Positions 1-8,767 of a DNA stretch of 64,000 nt are shown piece by piece (within the stretch, counting starts at the first letter, position 1; each line of letters starts with the position of its first letter). Where the stretch lies: sequence record PQ182779.1; one strand, given 5' to 3'. Under the pieces are notes generated by a model. The model saw nothing but the letters and a program-made list of their open reading frames with translations. It was not told where the DNA came from and did not search any database. Made by a program: the position numbers and the translations under genes.

Positions 1-55
1 TTTGGTTTTACTGGGTCAAAGCAACGACGACAGCGATGACGATGACGATGAATAA
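1..55 (+). CDS. 3' end of upstream gene with acidic tail (LVLLGQSNDDSDDDDDE*), partial
   Basis: Open frame 2-55 ending TAA, followed by SD (GGAGGGAG) of the next gene. Confidence 0.5.
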   Translation, partial: LVLLGQSNDDSDDDDDE

Positions 56-67
56 TTTGGAGGGAGT

Positions 68-732
68 ATGGAAAAGACCGAATTTGCTTACGTGACAACG
101 ATAGGATCCACTGACTTAGGACAGGCGCACTTTTCGTTCTGTAAAGAGTTAGGATTCTTTCTTTGCGAACAGGGGTTCTCAATCCGCTCCGGGAAAGCGC
201 CGGGTGCCGACCAAGCGTTTCAATCTGGTTTTGAGAACTCGCTTTCAGCAGCGGACTATATTCGTGACCCACAGATCTTTCTTCCGTGGAAAACCTTCGA
301 GCGTGACAACGTCTTTGTCTCTGATCGCTACGATCGTTACGACTACAGCCCGGAAAGCATTGCGAAAGCAGAGGCTATTATCTCGACCGTTCACCCGGTC
401 TGGGATCGTTTAACTGACGGCCAAAAGCGTTTCCATATTCGCAACGTCTTTCAGATTCTTGGCGAAGACGTTGAATCGCCGTCAGCGTTTTTGATCGCGT
501 GTGCGCCAGAGGACTCCGAAGGACTTCCGAAAGGCGGTACTCAGACGTTGAATCGCCGTCAGCGTTTTTGATCGCGTGTGCGCCAGAGGACTCCGAAGGA
601 CTTCCGAAAGGCGGTACTCGGTCTGCCTTTAAAATTGCAAGGGATCGTGATATCCCTTGCATCAACATCTACGACCTTTCTCACCAGATCGTCTTTGATT
701 GGTTAGAAAAAACAATGGGGAGTTCACGATGA
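68..732 (+). pseudogene. SLOG/DprA-like nucleotide-binding protein, apparently frameshifted by a 77-bp duplication (about 195 aa if the duplicate is removed)
   Basis: Motifs SG-x-A-x-GAD-x-AF, IFLPW, RN-x-x-QILG, KGGT...A.K.A....IP..N; the C-terminus continues in ORF 499-732 after the duplicate. Confidence 0.7.
466..619 (+). repeat. Exact 77-bp tandem direct duplication (466-542 and 543-619)
   Basis: AGACGTTGAATCGCC...GGCGGTACTC read twice back to back. Confidence 0.95.
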
Positions 733-1073
733 TCGCCAAACATTTAATCGAAGAATTTAAACGAGAGTTTTCCGATGCCAGCGCGGTCTACAAAGCTTAC
801 GCTGAAAATAATGAAAATACCCAAATGTACGGATGGGCAGGTCATTACGAAGTCAGCGCCGAGGTGTCAGAAAATGTGTTGCGTATCAACATCACTCACC
901 CTGACGGAACGTATTGGACGGATGATCCAACTACCCTCGCAGCAGACGTTGAAACGTTGAAAGATTTATTGGTCGCCTTCTTACCGGAAAACGGCTATAA
1001 AACGGAAAGCGTTGTTGAACCTTCCGTGATTTCTTTCACTGTGCGTAAGAACACGGCGGGCGCTGCGCTATGA
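729..1073 (+). CDS. hypothetical protein
   Basis: SD GGGAG before ATG 729; coupled to the next ORF by a 4-nt overlap. Confidence 0.75.
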   Translation: MIAKHLIEEFKREFSDASAVYKAYAENNENTQMYGWAGHYEVSAEVSENVLRINITHPDGTYWTDDPTTLAADVETLKDLLVAFLPENGYKTESVVEPSVISFTVRKNTAGAAL

Positions 1074-1435
1074 CGACTTCGCCCTTATTACGTTCAATTG
1101 AATATCAAAAAACATCCGACCGCATTTTTGATATTTTACGTAAACTGTTTGACCGCAAACAGAATGGGTCGGTTGTCGATTCTGCTTCATTAAATAATAC
1201 TGTGGTAGTAGACCTCGACAACGGTAGGTTGATCGTGCAGATTAAAAGTAATAATCGTTTTATTTGGGGTGGCAGCGAAGTCAATTATCGATTTGTCTTG
1301 GCAACCCAAATTAATCTTCTGCGTCAACGTATCGGCGAGTTACTGAAAGAGATTGATCCGGAGTATGAATACCGGGGATCTTCAGAGTTGGACCCTGGGC
1401 TTATCATATTCTTGTTTAAACGAAATGCAAAATAG
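1070..1435 (+). CDS. hypothetical protein
   Basis: ATGA overlap with the previous gene; 121 aa. Confidence 0.75.
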   Translation: MTTSPLLRSIEYQKTSDRIFDILRKLFDRKQNGSVVDSASLNNTVVVDLDNGRLIVQIKSNNRFIWGGSEVNYRFVLATQINLLRQRIGELLKEIDPEYEYRGSSELDPGLIIFLFKRNAK

Positions 1436-1447
1436 GAGTTTAGCGAT

Positions 1448-2056
1448 ATGAACGCCACCCTCAATAAATACCTTCCTGACGATGCGGAATTAACTGCTAT
1501 TGAGGTTAATTCGCTTCTTGAACTTTTTAACGATCTTGGTCGCAGCGGCATCGCACTCAGATCAAAAAATAATTTGGAAATTGTCTCTTTCACCGAATTG
1601 ACCGGGATAAGTTTACCTTGGTCTCAGGCGGTCGCTCTTGCTTTAGGTGAGAAAGAAGCTTTTTTACAATTCCCCACTGACCGTTGCGCGGCGCTGGCAA
1701 AAGATATCATTAGCGACCTTTGGTTGAAGTCATACGGGATCGTTGATGATAGTAAGCCTATGCCGTCTCCTTCCAGTTATTTTATTAGTGAAGACGCGGA
1801 ACCATTCTCAGAAAAAGACATTGAATTCTTCTCTGAGGTTGAAGATAATGCCGACGAAAACAAATTCAGTTTCAGTTATCATGAGACTGGTGCCGCCGGC
1901 GGCGCGGTTGTTTACGTGCGCTGGAAAGCTGTCAATCTCGTCGCACGAAATGATACTACCGTTTTCATCGACGATAAAGAAATTACCTTTCAAACAGAGA
2001 GCGCGGCCATTGCGTTTCACGCATGGGTCATTGAATGCGTAGATTACTACGGTTAA
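1448..2056 (+). CDS. hypothetical protein
   Basis: SD AGGAG; 202-aa ORF in a tight operon. Confidence 0.8.
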   Translation: MNATLNKYLPDDAELTAIEVNSLLELFNDLGRSGIALRSKNNLEIVSFTELTGISLPWSQAVALALGEKEAFLQFPTDRCAALAKDIISDLWLKSYGIVDDSKPMPSPSSYFISEDAEPFSEKDIEFFSEVEDNADENKFSFSYHETGAAGGAVVYVRWKAVNLVARNDTTVFIDDKEITFQTESAAIAFHAWVIECVDYYG

Positions 2057-2070
2057 AGTAAGGAAAGAAG

Positions 2071-2346
2071 ATGACTTGGGCACCCAGTACGTACTTCTCA
2101 TTTGTGATGTTTTTCGTTATCCTCACTATCGCGGTGTTATCCGAAAAAATACACCAACTCAACCCCAGTCTATGGGCGGTTTTTACGATAGTGGGGATGG
2201 GTCTTATTTCATTGATTTTCTGCGTATGGCGTGTTGATACCGTAGGTAAAAACAACAAAAAAGAAAATCAGCGGCGGTGGTATTATTTCGCCGCCGTGAT
2301 CTCTGGGTTGGTTGTGATATTAACTTTAGTAGCGGCGGGAGTGTAA
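2071..2346 (+). CDS. small 3-TM membrane protein
   Basis: SD AAGGA; three hydrophobic stretches and a basic loop. Confidence 0.75.
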   Translation: MTWAPSTYFSFVMFFVILTIAVLSEKIHQLNPSLWAVFTIVGMGLISLIFCVWRVDTVGKNNKKENQRRWYYFAAVISGLVVILTLVAAGV

Positions 2347-2349
2347 TTG

Positions 2350-2937
2350 ATGTCAGCACTAGTTTTCCGATTTGGTGCCATGAATTCGGCAAAATCTTCA
2401 AATCTACTACAAACTGCGTACAACTACCGAGAAAGAGGGATGTCGGTTCATGTCTATAAACCGACGGTCGATACTCGGGATAAAGTAGGTAAAGTGGTTT
2501 CCCGTATTGGGCTAGAGGGTATCTGTGTCATGTTAGGGAAAAACGATTCTTTCCTAAACGACATTTACAAGGATCGCAATTACCCTAAAGTCATTTTGGT
2601 CGACGAGGCCCAATTCCTCGAACCATTCCACGTTTACGAACTTCGATCGCTCGTTGACCTCTACGACGTCACCGTTCTGTGTTACGGCTTGCGGACAGAT
2701 TTTCAACGGAACACTTTCCCGGCCAGTGCGGTTCTTTTAGCTATAGCCGATAAGCTCGAAGAGATACCAACAATTTGTTGGTGCGGAGTAAAAGCCAGAT
2801 TTGTTCTGCGTTTGGATAGTGAAGGTAATGTTATAGTGGTCGGCCCGCAGGTACTCGTGGGTGGCAATGACCAGTATGTTTCTGTCTGTTCTAAGCATTG
2901 GGCATTACAACAACCTCGTAATCCGGACGTTGAATAA
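2350..2937 (+). CDS. tdk: thymidine kinase
   Basis: P-loop GAMNSAKS, Walker B VDEAQF, YGLRTDF, and C-terminal Zn ligands CWCG...SVC. Confidence 0.95.
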   Translation: MSALVFRFGAMNSAKSSNLLQTAYNYRERGMSVHVYKPTVDTRDKVGKVVSRIGLEGICVMLGKNDSFLNDIYKDRNYPKVILVDEAQFLEPFHVYELRSLVDLYDVTVLCYGLRTDFQRNTFPASAVLLAIADKLEEIPTICWCGVKARFVLRLDSEGNVIVVGPQVLVGGNDQYVSVCSKHWALQQPRNPDVE

Positions 2938-2939
2938 TC

Positions 2940-3221
2940 ATGAAGCGATTTTCACCCAGTACTAAGGTTTCCTTCGTATTCTTGTTCATTCTGATCCTGG
3001 TTGGTTTTTTATTCAAAACTTTTACCGGTATACGCCTCCCGCCTTCAGTGGCGGGGTGCTTTTTACTTGGTGGTCTGGTTTTGTCATTGATTTTCTCTTT
3101 TCTCCTGAAACGAGAAGGTCAACGTAAATCCCCATCCAGGTATGTTTTCAACTGGTGCTACCTGTACCTGATCATCGCCCTGACCATGATGAACTGGTCA
3201 CTCTTCTTCGTGAGGTTATAA
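2940..3221 (+). CDS. small 3-TM membrane protein (likely paralogue of 2071-2346)
   Basis: Three hydrophobic stretches; shares PST..SFV and PS....F...G..L.SLIF with 2071-2346. Confidence 0.75.
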   Translation: MKRFSPSTKVSFVFLFILILVGFLFKTFTGIRLPPSVAGCFLLGGLVLSLIFSFLLKREGQRKSPSRYVFNWCYLYLIIALTMMNWSLFFVRL

Positions 3222-3222
3222 C

Positions 3223-3786
3223 GTGACAGAACATACCGCTGAAACACTCAGAGAGACGTTCCTCTCTGATCTTAAACAAATACTTCGATACTGTAACCGC
3301 AATACGGGAACGAAGGAAGAAGCCCTTTCGTTAGCAGGGTTCATGTTCTTAACGCTCATTGACGGGACAGGGAGCAACAGTATTCCTACTCCCATCGACA
3401 TCGTGGTGACGGCCCATCCAGAAGAAGAGATTGAAGAACTTCTTTTAGACGAGCGGACAGTTGTTAAGGAAGACACTGTCATTAATGGGGATTGTTATCT
3501 TCATAGCCTTTTGGGCGATATTGGTTTGGTTCCAAAAACATTCTATCCCGCGATACTAGACCGGTATCGTAAAATGATTGAGAGTAACGCCGACAAGTTA
3601 GGAGAGGGTTATTTCTCTGCGTCGCATTTACTGTCGATGCTAGAGACCCTACGCGATGACCTGGAACAGAGTCTCTCCAAGAAACACCGTTGGCTGGGTT
3701 TCGTACAGGGTGTTCTTTGTACATCGGGTCTCACGACGGTGGACGCCGAACGGGACTTTACCCGCGGCCTTTTCAATGGCGTTTAA
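3223..3786 (+). CDS. hypothetical protein, probably two fused small phage domains
   Basis: SD GAGG, GTG start; C-terminal HL..M...K..RWLGFVQG.L...G.TTV..ERD.TR motif typical of small phage proteins. Confidence 0.75.
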   Translation: MTEHTAETLRETFLSDLKQILRYCNRNTGTKEEALSLAGFMFLTLIDGTGSNSIPTPIDIVVTAHPEEEIEELLLDERTVVKEDTVINGDCYLHSLLGDIGLVPKTFYPAILDRYRKMIESNADKLGEGYFSASHLLSMLETLRDDLEQSLSKKHRWLGFVQGVLCTSGLTTVDAERDFTRGLFNGV

Positions 3787-3812
3787 TTAAAAACAAATCT
3801 ACGGGGGTTAAA

Positions 3813-4466
3813 ATGAATAAAAACAAAATCCATTTGGACGGTGCAGATCTCACCGAAAAAGAAAAGCAATTTATTCACGAAGTCACGCCTTTTCTCAACA
3901 GTAAATTACCGGCGATAGTACTCAGTCGTTTCTCCTCTTTCTTAAAACAAAACGACTTCTACTCTGCGAACAATGCGCAATTGTCGTTGATGAATTTTAT
4001 CAGGCAGGCGCAAGAAAAAGCGAACCTTCTCGAACTGTCACCTAAGGTTGTCAGGGCGATTGAGTTACTCTCGATCAACCAATCTCCGCGACCATTAACC
4101 AATACCTTGGCTGATTGGAAGTGGTCGAATTATTACGACCATTACGTACACCGTGGTTGCCACCGGTTGATCAGATATGAAATTGATGGCCCGATTTATT
4201 TCAATGACGCTATTCATCACTTCCCTAAACCGCAGTTCAAATACTGGCAGGGTTACAGTACGGCCCGGCTGGTGCGCGCGGATGAGTTCCCGATTAACCC
4301 GCTGACCAATGTCCATCCGCAATACTACTACGCCGAGCCGTGGGACGGTCGTGGGAAAATAGAGGATAGGATCGCCAGTTCGACACTGCTGGAGTTTCCT
4401 GAGCACGCCGAAGCCTGGTTAGCGATTAAACGCACTCAGTTCGAATCTAACGAGTCACAAGACTAA
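3813..4466 (+). CDS. hypothetical protein
   Basis: SD GGGG before ATG 3813 (track start 3690 overlaps the upstream gene). Confidence 0.75.
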   Translation: MNKNKIHLDGADLTEKEKQFIHEVTPFLNSKLPAIVLSRFSSFLKQNDFYSANNAQLSLMNFIRQAQEKANLLELSPKVVRAIELLSINQSPRPLTNTLADWKWSNYYDHYVHRGCHRLIRYEIDGPIYFNDAIHHFPKPQFKYWQGYSTARLVRADEFPINPLTNVHPQYYYAEPWDGRGKIEDRIASSTLLEFPEHAEAWLAIKRTQFESNESQD

Positions 4467-4480
4467 CAAAAGGGATTTCA

Positions 4481-4867
4481 GTGGACACCACCAAAAGATT
4501 GAATCAGATCGCACAGAGCGTCGTTCGCATCAATGAGATTGATGTTACTCCGATCAGTTCTAAAGAAGCGTTGAGAGGTTGGCAGGCCATTATGCGTTCC
4601 TCTTACGGTGTGAAAGAGTATATTCTCGACGGGAATGCAGAACCCGACGGTTCTAACTTCTTCATGCTCCGTTGCGAAGTCAACACGTTGATTGACGAAC
4701 CTAGTCGTTACTCTCAGGGAGTGATGAGAAACATTACTATTGCTTCTATCAGTAATGATTTTGATCGGATGCTAATGCAACTGGAATCGTTCCTTCAACT
4801 GAACACGCAGTATTTTGTGACGCATACCGACAAATACGGTCGGGTATATGGTAAACAAAAAGGATAG
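4481..4867 (+). CDS. hypothetical protein
   Basis: SD AAGGGA, GTG start, in operon. Confidence 0.7.
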   Translation: MDTTKRLNQIAQSVVRINEIDVTPISSKEALRGWQAIMRSSYGVKEYILDGNAEPDGSNFFMLRCEVNTLIDEPSRYSQGVMRNITIASISNDFDRMLMQLESFLQLNTQYFVTHTDKYGRVYGKQKG

Positions 4868-4872
4868 AGATT

Positions 4873-5238
4873 ATGTACCTCAAAGATTTCGACAACGAGT
4901 TGTTTAATCGCCTTGTTCAGAACAAACAAGTCCTGACCTATTTCACTGATCTGCTCTACCTGAACAGTAGCGAAGCGAATACGCTACAGCGCATCTACGA
5001 CAATGCGAAAGAACGTTGGAATACATTAACGGTCCCGTTGGAAGTTATTGTCAAAGAGATTGAATCCACGATCATTGGGTATTCCGATAGTCGTGTCGAG
5101 AAGGACGCCAAGGACATTGACGTGGAACTTTATCGCTCGGTACCAGCAGCTATTCAAGCCGTTGTACTCCCTGGCATTGAAGACACGAAGAAACGCGCTT
5201 TTGTCGTGGATCTCCTCAATGGGAAAGTGGTTAAATAA
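4873..5238 (+). CDS. hypothetical protein
   Basis: Last ORF before the terminator. Confidence 0.7.
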   Translation: MYLKDFDNELFNRLVQNKQVLTYFTDLLYLNSSEANTLQRIYDNAKERWNTLTVPLEVIVKEIESTIIGYSDSRVEKDAKDIDVELYRSVPAAIQAVVLPGIEDTKKRAFVVDLLNGKVVK

Positions 5239-5262
5239 CTTACCCGATAAAACTACTTATAG

Positions 5263-5292
5263 CTCCTCTCTCCGCCTTAGCGGAGAGAGGAG
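5263..5292. terminator. bidirectional intrinsic terminator
   Basis: 13-bp stem CTCCTCTCTCCGC/GCGGAGAGAGGAG between convergent genes. Confidence 0.8.
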
Positions 5293-5297
5293 TACTT

Positions 5298-6593
5298 TTA
5301 TTTCATTGCTTTTTTGGCCACGTTCAGCTGGGCTTCAGCCACACGGAAGAAGTGGTTGATGAATTGCATCAACGGTTTCGTGTAAGCTTTGATGTACGCC
5401 CGGTTAACGCGGTTAATCGCGGTTTGATACTGGGTGCTACTGATCCCGAATACGATAGAACTTGCCAAACCAAAGTCGGTGTGCGTAGTAAAGAAGTCAA
5501 CGTTAAACATAGTACCAGTCACTTTGGTACGGGAGAGACTTCCCATCGTCCCTTTGACCACCTGGCAAAGACGGCGCACAGATTCTTTGTTTACGCCGGT
5601 CATTTCAAAAGCGCGGCCGTCGGTGTTCCCGGCTAAATAGACATCCGGTACGGACTCGCCAATACTTTTTGAGACAGCGCGGAAGTCTTCGCTTTTTTCC
5701 AGTTTTTCGCCGTTAGAAATATAAATACCGCCAAACGCTTTACCATCGGTAAAAGTACTCTGGAACAGCGCGTCTAAAGCCTCAGCATTAGCGATGAACT
5801 TTTTCGCGAGATCGTTACGACTGTTTGCTTTGGCATCGCCACGGCCTAACGCGCTATCAAAAGTCTTCTGTACCAGGTTAACGAATTCATCATGCTTGGT
5901 CAGGACTTTCTGGGAATACGGGCCGGAGAGTTCGGCGGTTTTCTTTGCGATGGTCTCAAAACCGGAAACGGCTTTGTCAAACGTCGTTGCGAAACTGTTA
6001 TTGTCCCACGCAACGTAAACCGAGGAAGATTCACTGATAGGAACACTGTCTTTAAACTCTGCATCAGCCGCTTTCTTCTCGACGGAAGACAGCAGATTCT
6101 TCAGGGCTTCCAAACGAGAGAACAGTCCTTTCACGTATTTCTTGAAAGACTCGCCGGCGTTCTTGACTAACTGAACTGCGCCTTTCATGAAATTACTGAC
6201 GGTTTCGCCGAGCGCTTCGAGAGCAGGTTCAGACGCGCCTTTGATTTCAAATGCTTCCAGAGAAGGGATGACGGTTTCTACGGTTTCGCCGGTGCCGTCA
6301 ACTACCGCATCGGTCGCTTGTTCGATAAGCGCAATTTCAGCCGGAGTGGCGATACGATCTTCGCCTACGACTTCACTACTGATAAAATCTTTCAGGAGTT
6401 CACCGCGTTCGGATTTGTCATCGAGAATCGCAGATTCATCGAGTTGATCGACCACTTCACTGGTCAGCTCATAGGCTTCGAGGGCCAGTAAACCTAACTC
6501 ACCAGCGTCGCCTTCCGGGATATCGATAAACGCTTGGGCTTCCAAAGAGGGAGTAGAAGCAAGGGCTTCGAGTACTTTACGAGTATGTTTCAT
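5298..6593 (-). CDS. internal head (ejection-type) virion protein with protease-cleaved acidic propeptide
   Basis: Acidic N-terminus with repeated [AS]LEA sites matching phiKZ/SPN3US prohead-protease specificity (A/S/G-x-E); highly biased codon use. Confidence 0.7.
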   Translation of the reverse strand: MKHTRKVLEALASTPSLEAQAFIDIPEGDAGELGLLALEAYELTSEVVDQLDESAILDDKSERGELLKDFISSEVVGEDRIATPAEIALIEQATDAVVDGTGETVETVIPSLEAFEIKGASEPALEALGETVSNFMKGAVQLVKNAGESFKKYVKGLFSRLEALKNLLSSVEKKAADAEFKDSVPISESSSVYVAWDNNSFATTFDKAVSGFETIAKKTAELSGPYSQKVLTKHDEFVNLVQKTFDSALGRGDAKANSRNDLAKKFIANAEALDALFQSTFTDGKAFGGIYISNGEKLEKSEDFRAVSKSIGESVPDVYLAGNTDGRAFEMTGVNKESVRRLCQVVKGTMGSLSRTKVTGTMFNVDFFTTHTDFGLASSIVFGISSTQYQTAINRVNRAYIKAYTKPLMQFINHFFRVAEAQLNVAKKAMK

Positions 6594-6854
6594 TTTGGGT
6601 CATAACCTTTGCAAAGGGTGATAATACGGGCGTTCGTAACATAAGATATACCTTGCTCAGAGATCTTTTTACGCACTTCGCCTTTAGTCTGATAATAAGA
6701 AGAAAGTCGTTATTAAAACGCACAGAGAATACGCTTTATACAATCAATTGATCGAAAATAAATTAAAGGTATAAATTCGTTTTTGCTAACCCTGATCCAG
6801 CGTAATTCTCCGGATGGTTTGCTATGTTAACAATCGCGTTTAAAAGGTGTCAAC

Positions 6855-7478
6855 ATGGCAGACGATATTTCCGTTAAGATCTCAGAACTCAATCGAGTCA
6901 ATACCATCGCTGAGAAAGATATTATTCCTTTCTCTACTTCGTTAGTGGACGGAGCAGAAAGTACCCAAGCTGTCTCCGTCGCTATCCTACGAATGATTAT
7001 GGCTAACCCGACAGTTTACGACGACAGCGCTAAAGCGTTAGCCGATCTCAAAGCTGGTGATTATGCACTAATCTGGTCGGACTTCACTCGCTCCTCGGCG
7101 AATATCTTCAAATTCGACGGTAGTGCGTTAGCTCAGTTACTTACCGAATCCGGTAAGGCGATTGAAATTCCGATCGCCAGTTCCGCGACCGGGGTAGTGT
7201 TCCGCTATACTGCTATGGCAAACGAGTCAATAACTATTCCGAGTCGTTTAATCGGTACCACGGGCTATCACCGTATTATTGCGACGAACTTGACTTACCC
7301 TAATATCTTCGGTGAGTACGTGGTAAAGAAAGGGTTAGCGAGCGAAGCAATTGAGATGTCTTCAGCCATTGTTGAGAAGGAAGCTATGGTCGGGAAAATC
7401 CTTATTAATTGGCCTTCAAATATGGGGTTGGGAATGACCTTCGTTCAGCAAGGTCAGTACGAAATTCGGATTTATTAA
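6855..7478 (+). CDS. putative virion/tail-associated protein
   Basis: N-terminal VKISEL motif common in tail-attachment modules; own terminator; TATG upstream. Confidence 0.5.
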   Translation: MADDISVKISELNRVNTIAEKDIIPFSTSLVDGAESTQAVSVAILRMIMANPTVYDDSAKALADLKAGDYALIWSDFTRSSANIFKFDGSALAQLLTESGKAIEIPIASSATGVVFRYTAMANESITIPSRLIGTTGYHRIIATNLTYPNIFGEYVVKKGLASEAIEMSSAIVEKEAMVGKILINWPSNMGLGMTFVQQGQYEIRIY

Positions 7479-7484
7479 GCACAG

Positions 7485-7513
7485 AGAGAGGAGGGCAGCT
7501 GCCCTCCTCTCTT
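7485..7513 (+). terminator. intrinsic terminator
   Basis: AGAGAGGAGGGCA/TGCCCTCCTCTCT stem followed by T-rich sequence. Confidence 0.75.
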
Positions 7514-7547
7514 TCTATTTTACGTGCTGTGGAATTTATTTGAAGAC

Positions 7548-7563
7548 TATATCACTTTATTGA
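7548..7563 (+). promoter_or_regulatory. phage early (vRNAP-type) promoter motif
   Basis: TATATCAC-TTTA-TTGA; one of nine intergenic copies resembling the phiKZ early motif TATATTAC. Confidence 0.7.
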
Positions 7564-7587
7564 AAGCTTACCTAGAGGGCCTTAGGA

Positions 7588-8292
7588 TTGAAAACTGAAG
7601 CGGAACGAAAATTATATTCTGTTTGTAATTTGGTGGCGATGTCAACGCATTCTGCCACTGGGCAAAAAAGAAAAGGGTCTAACAAACCTTATTACATCCA
7701 TCCGTTTTCCGTCAGTGAAACGCTCAAGGAAAATGACTACCCTATCACCGTAGTCTGCGCAGGTCTACTTCATGACGTGGTTGAGGATACTGAGATCTCT
7801 TTAGAGGATCTCCGTTTTATGCTGTTTACGTTTGATAGCATAGACGGCAATTACACTCAACTGGTTGACGAGACACTGAAACTCGTTGATTGGGTTACGG
7901 ATCGCTACACGACTAAAACCATACAAGCGAACCGGAAAGACCGAACGATGTTAGAGGCGACGAAACTCCTTAACTCCGCTAACCCTGACGCGTGGGCGGT
8001 GAAATTGGCAGATATCCTCGACAACCTAAAAGACGTTGAAGGGATAGAAGTCACCTTCCTTAAAATTTGGCTCACGGAAAAAGATCTCTTTACGCAGTTT
8101 CTTCCGAAAGGGCGTTACTACGCGCATCTTCACAAACTTGTCACTGACCGTATTACTGAGCTTGATAAAATCTATCATTTCCGTGATACGCAATGCTGGC
8201 ACCGGTACCGTGATGCCATGGAATTTTTCTTAGATGATAACAACCGCAAGGAGTTTGAAAATGCCTACCGAATCAATCCTGAATCTTGTTGA
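7588..8292 (+). CDS. HD-domain (p)ppGpp hydrolase-like protein (Mesh1/SpoT-HD, small alarmone hydrolase)
   Basis: H..Q.RK....PY..HP, LLHDVVEDT and VKLAD..DN motifs. Confidence 0.85.
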   Translation: MKTEAERKLYSVCNLVAMSTHSATGQKRKGSNKPYYIHPFSVSETLKENDYPITVVCAGLLHDVVEDTEISLEDLRFMLFTFDSIDGNYTQLVDETLKLVDWVTDRYTTKTIQANRKDRTMLEATKLLNSANPDAWAVKLADILDNLKDVEGIEVTFLKIWLTEKDLFTQFLPKGRYYAHLHKLVTDRITELDKIYHFRDTQCWHRYRDAMEFFLDDNNRKEFENAYRINPESC

Positions 8293-8767
8293 TAAGTTTG
8301 TTGATTTTTACCGGGTCTATTTTTCCCGTGAATCGAAAGAGGATGCGATTAAACGGATTAACTCCGGGGATTGCGGAACGGCGGCGGTATGTATTGGTTT
8401 GGTAGCGAAGCAGTGGGGGCATGAGGTGATCTTTTACGATTGCGGGAACCATGCTTTTGTAAGTCTCTCTGGGGTCATTATCGACACGGCTAATCCCCAC
8501 GGTATTGATCTGGAGAAACTCCTTTCTCAATATAGCGCAGACCGGGCAGAGGTAGTAACCGTTGAAGAACTCATCGACGGGTATCTGGAGATCGATGCTC
8601 TGGGTTGCACTTTCGCTAAACTCTTCCTCGAACACTTTAAAGAGCATATCCCGGAGAAAATTCGTTATGTGGCGGAACACATCGACGAGTTCGATTCGAT
8701 AGAATGGGTACAACCGCACGTTGATCGTTTAACGGGGTATCTGAAAGGGGTCGATAATGAACACTGA
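8261..8767 (+). CDS. papain/transglutaminase-like Cys-His-Asp protein
   Basis: INSGDCG...HAFV.....IIDT..P.G; SD AAGGAG before ATG 8261. Confidence 0.55.
   Translation: MPTESILNLVDKFVDFYRVYFSRESKEDAIKRINSGDCGTAAVCIGLVAKQWGHEVIFYDCGNHAFVSLSGVIIDTANPHGIDLEKLLSQYSADRAEVVTVEELIDGYLEIDALGCTFAKLFLEHFKEHIPEKIRYVAEHIDEFDSIEWVQPHVDRLTGYLKGVDNEH

Noticed and set aside
25-52. GACGAT-type microsatellite
   Set aside because: It simply encodes a poly-Asp tail of the upstream gene.
466-619. 77-bp duplication as a genuine regulatory or phase-variation repeat
   Set aside because: It is a perfect single duplicate equal in length to a common assembler k-mer and it breaks an otherwise intact gene; an artefact is more likely until reads are checked.
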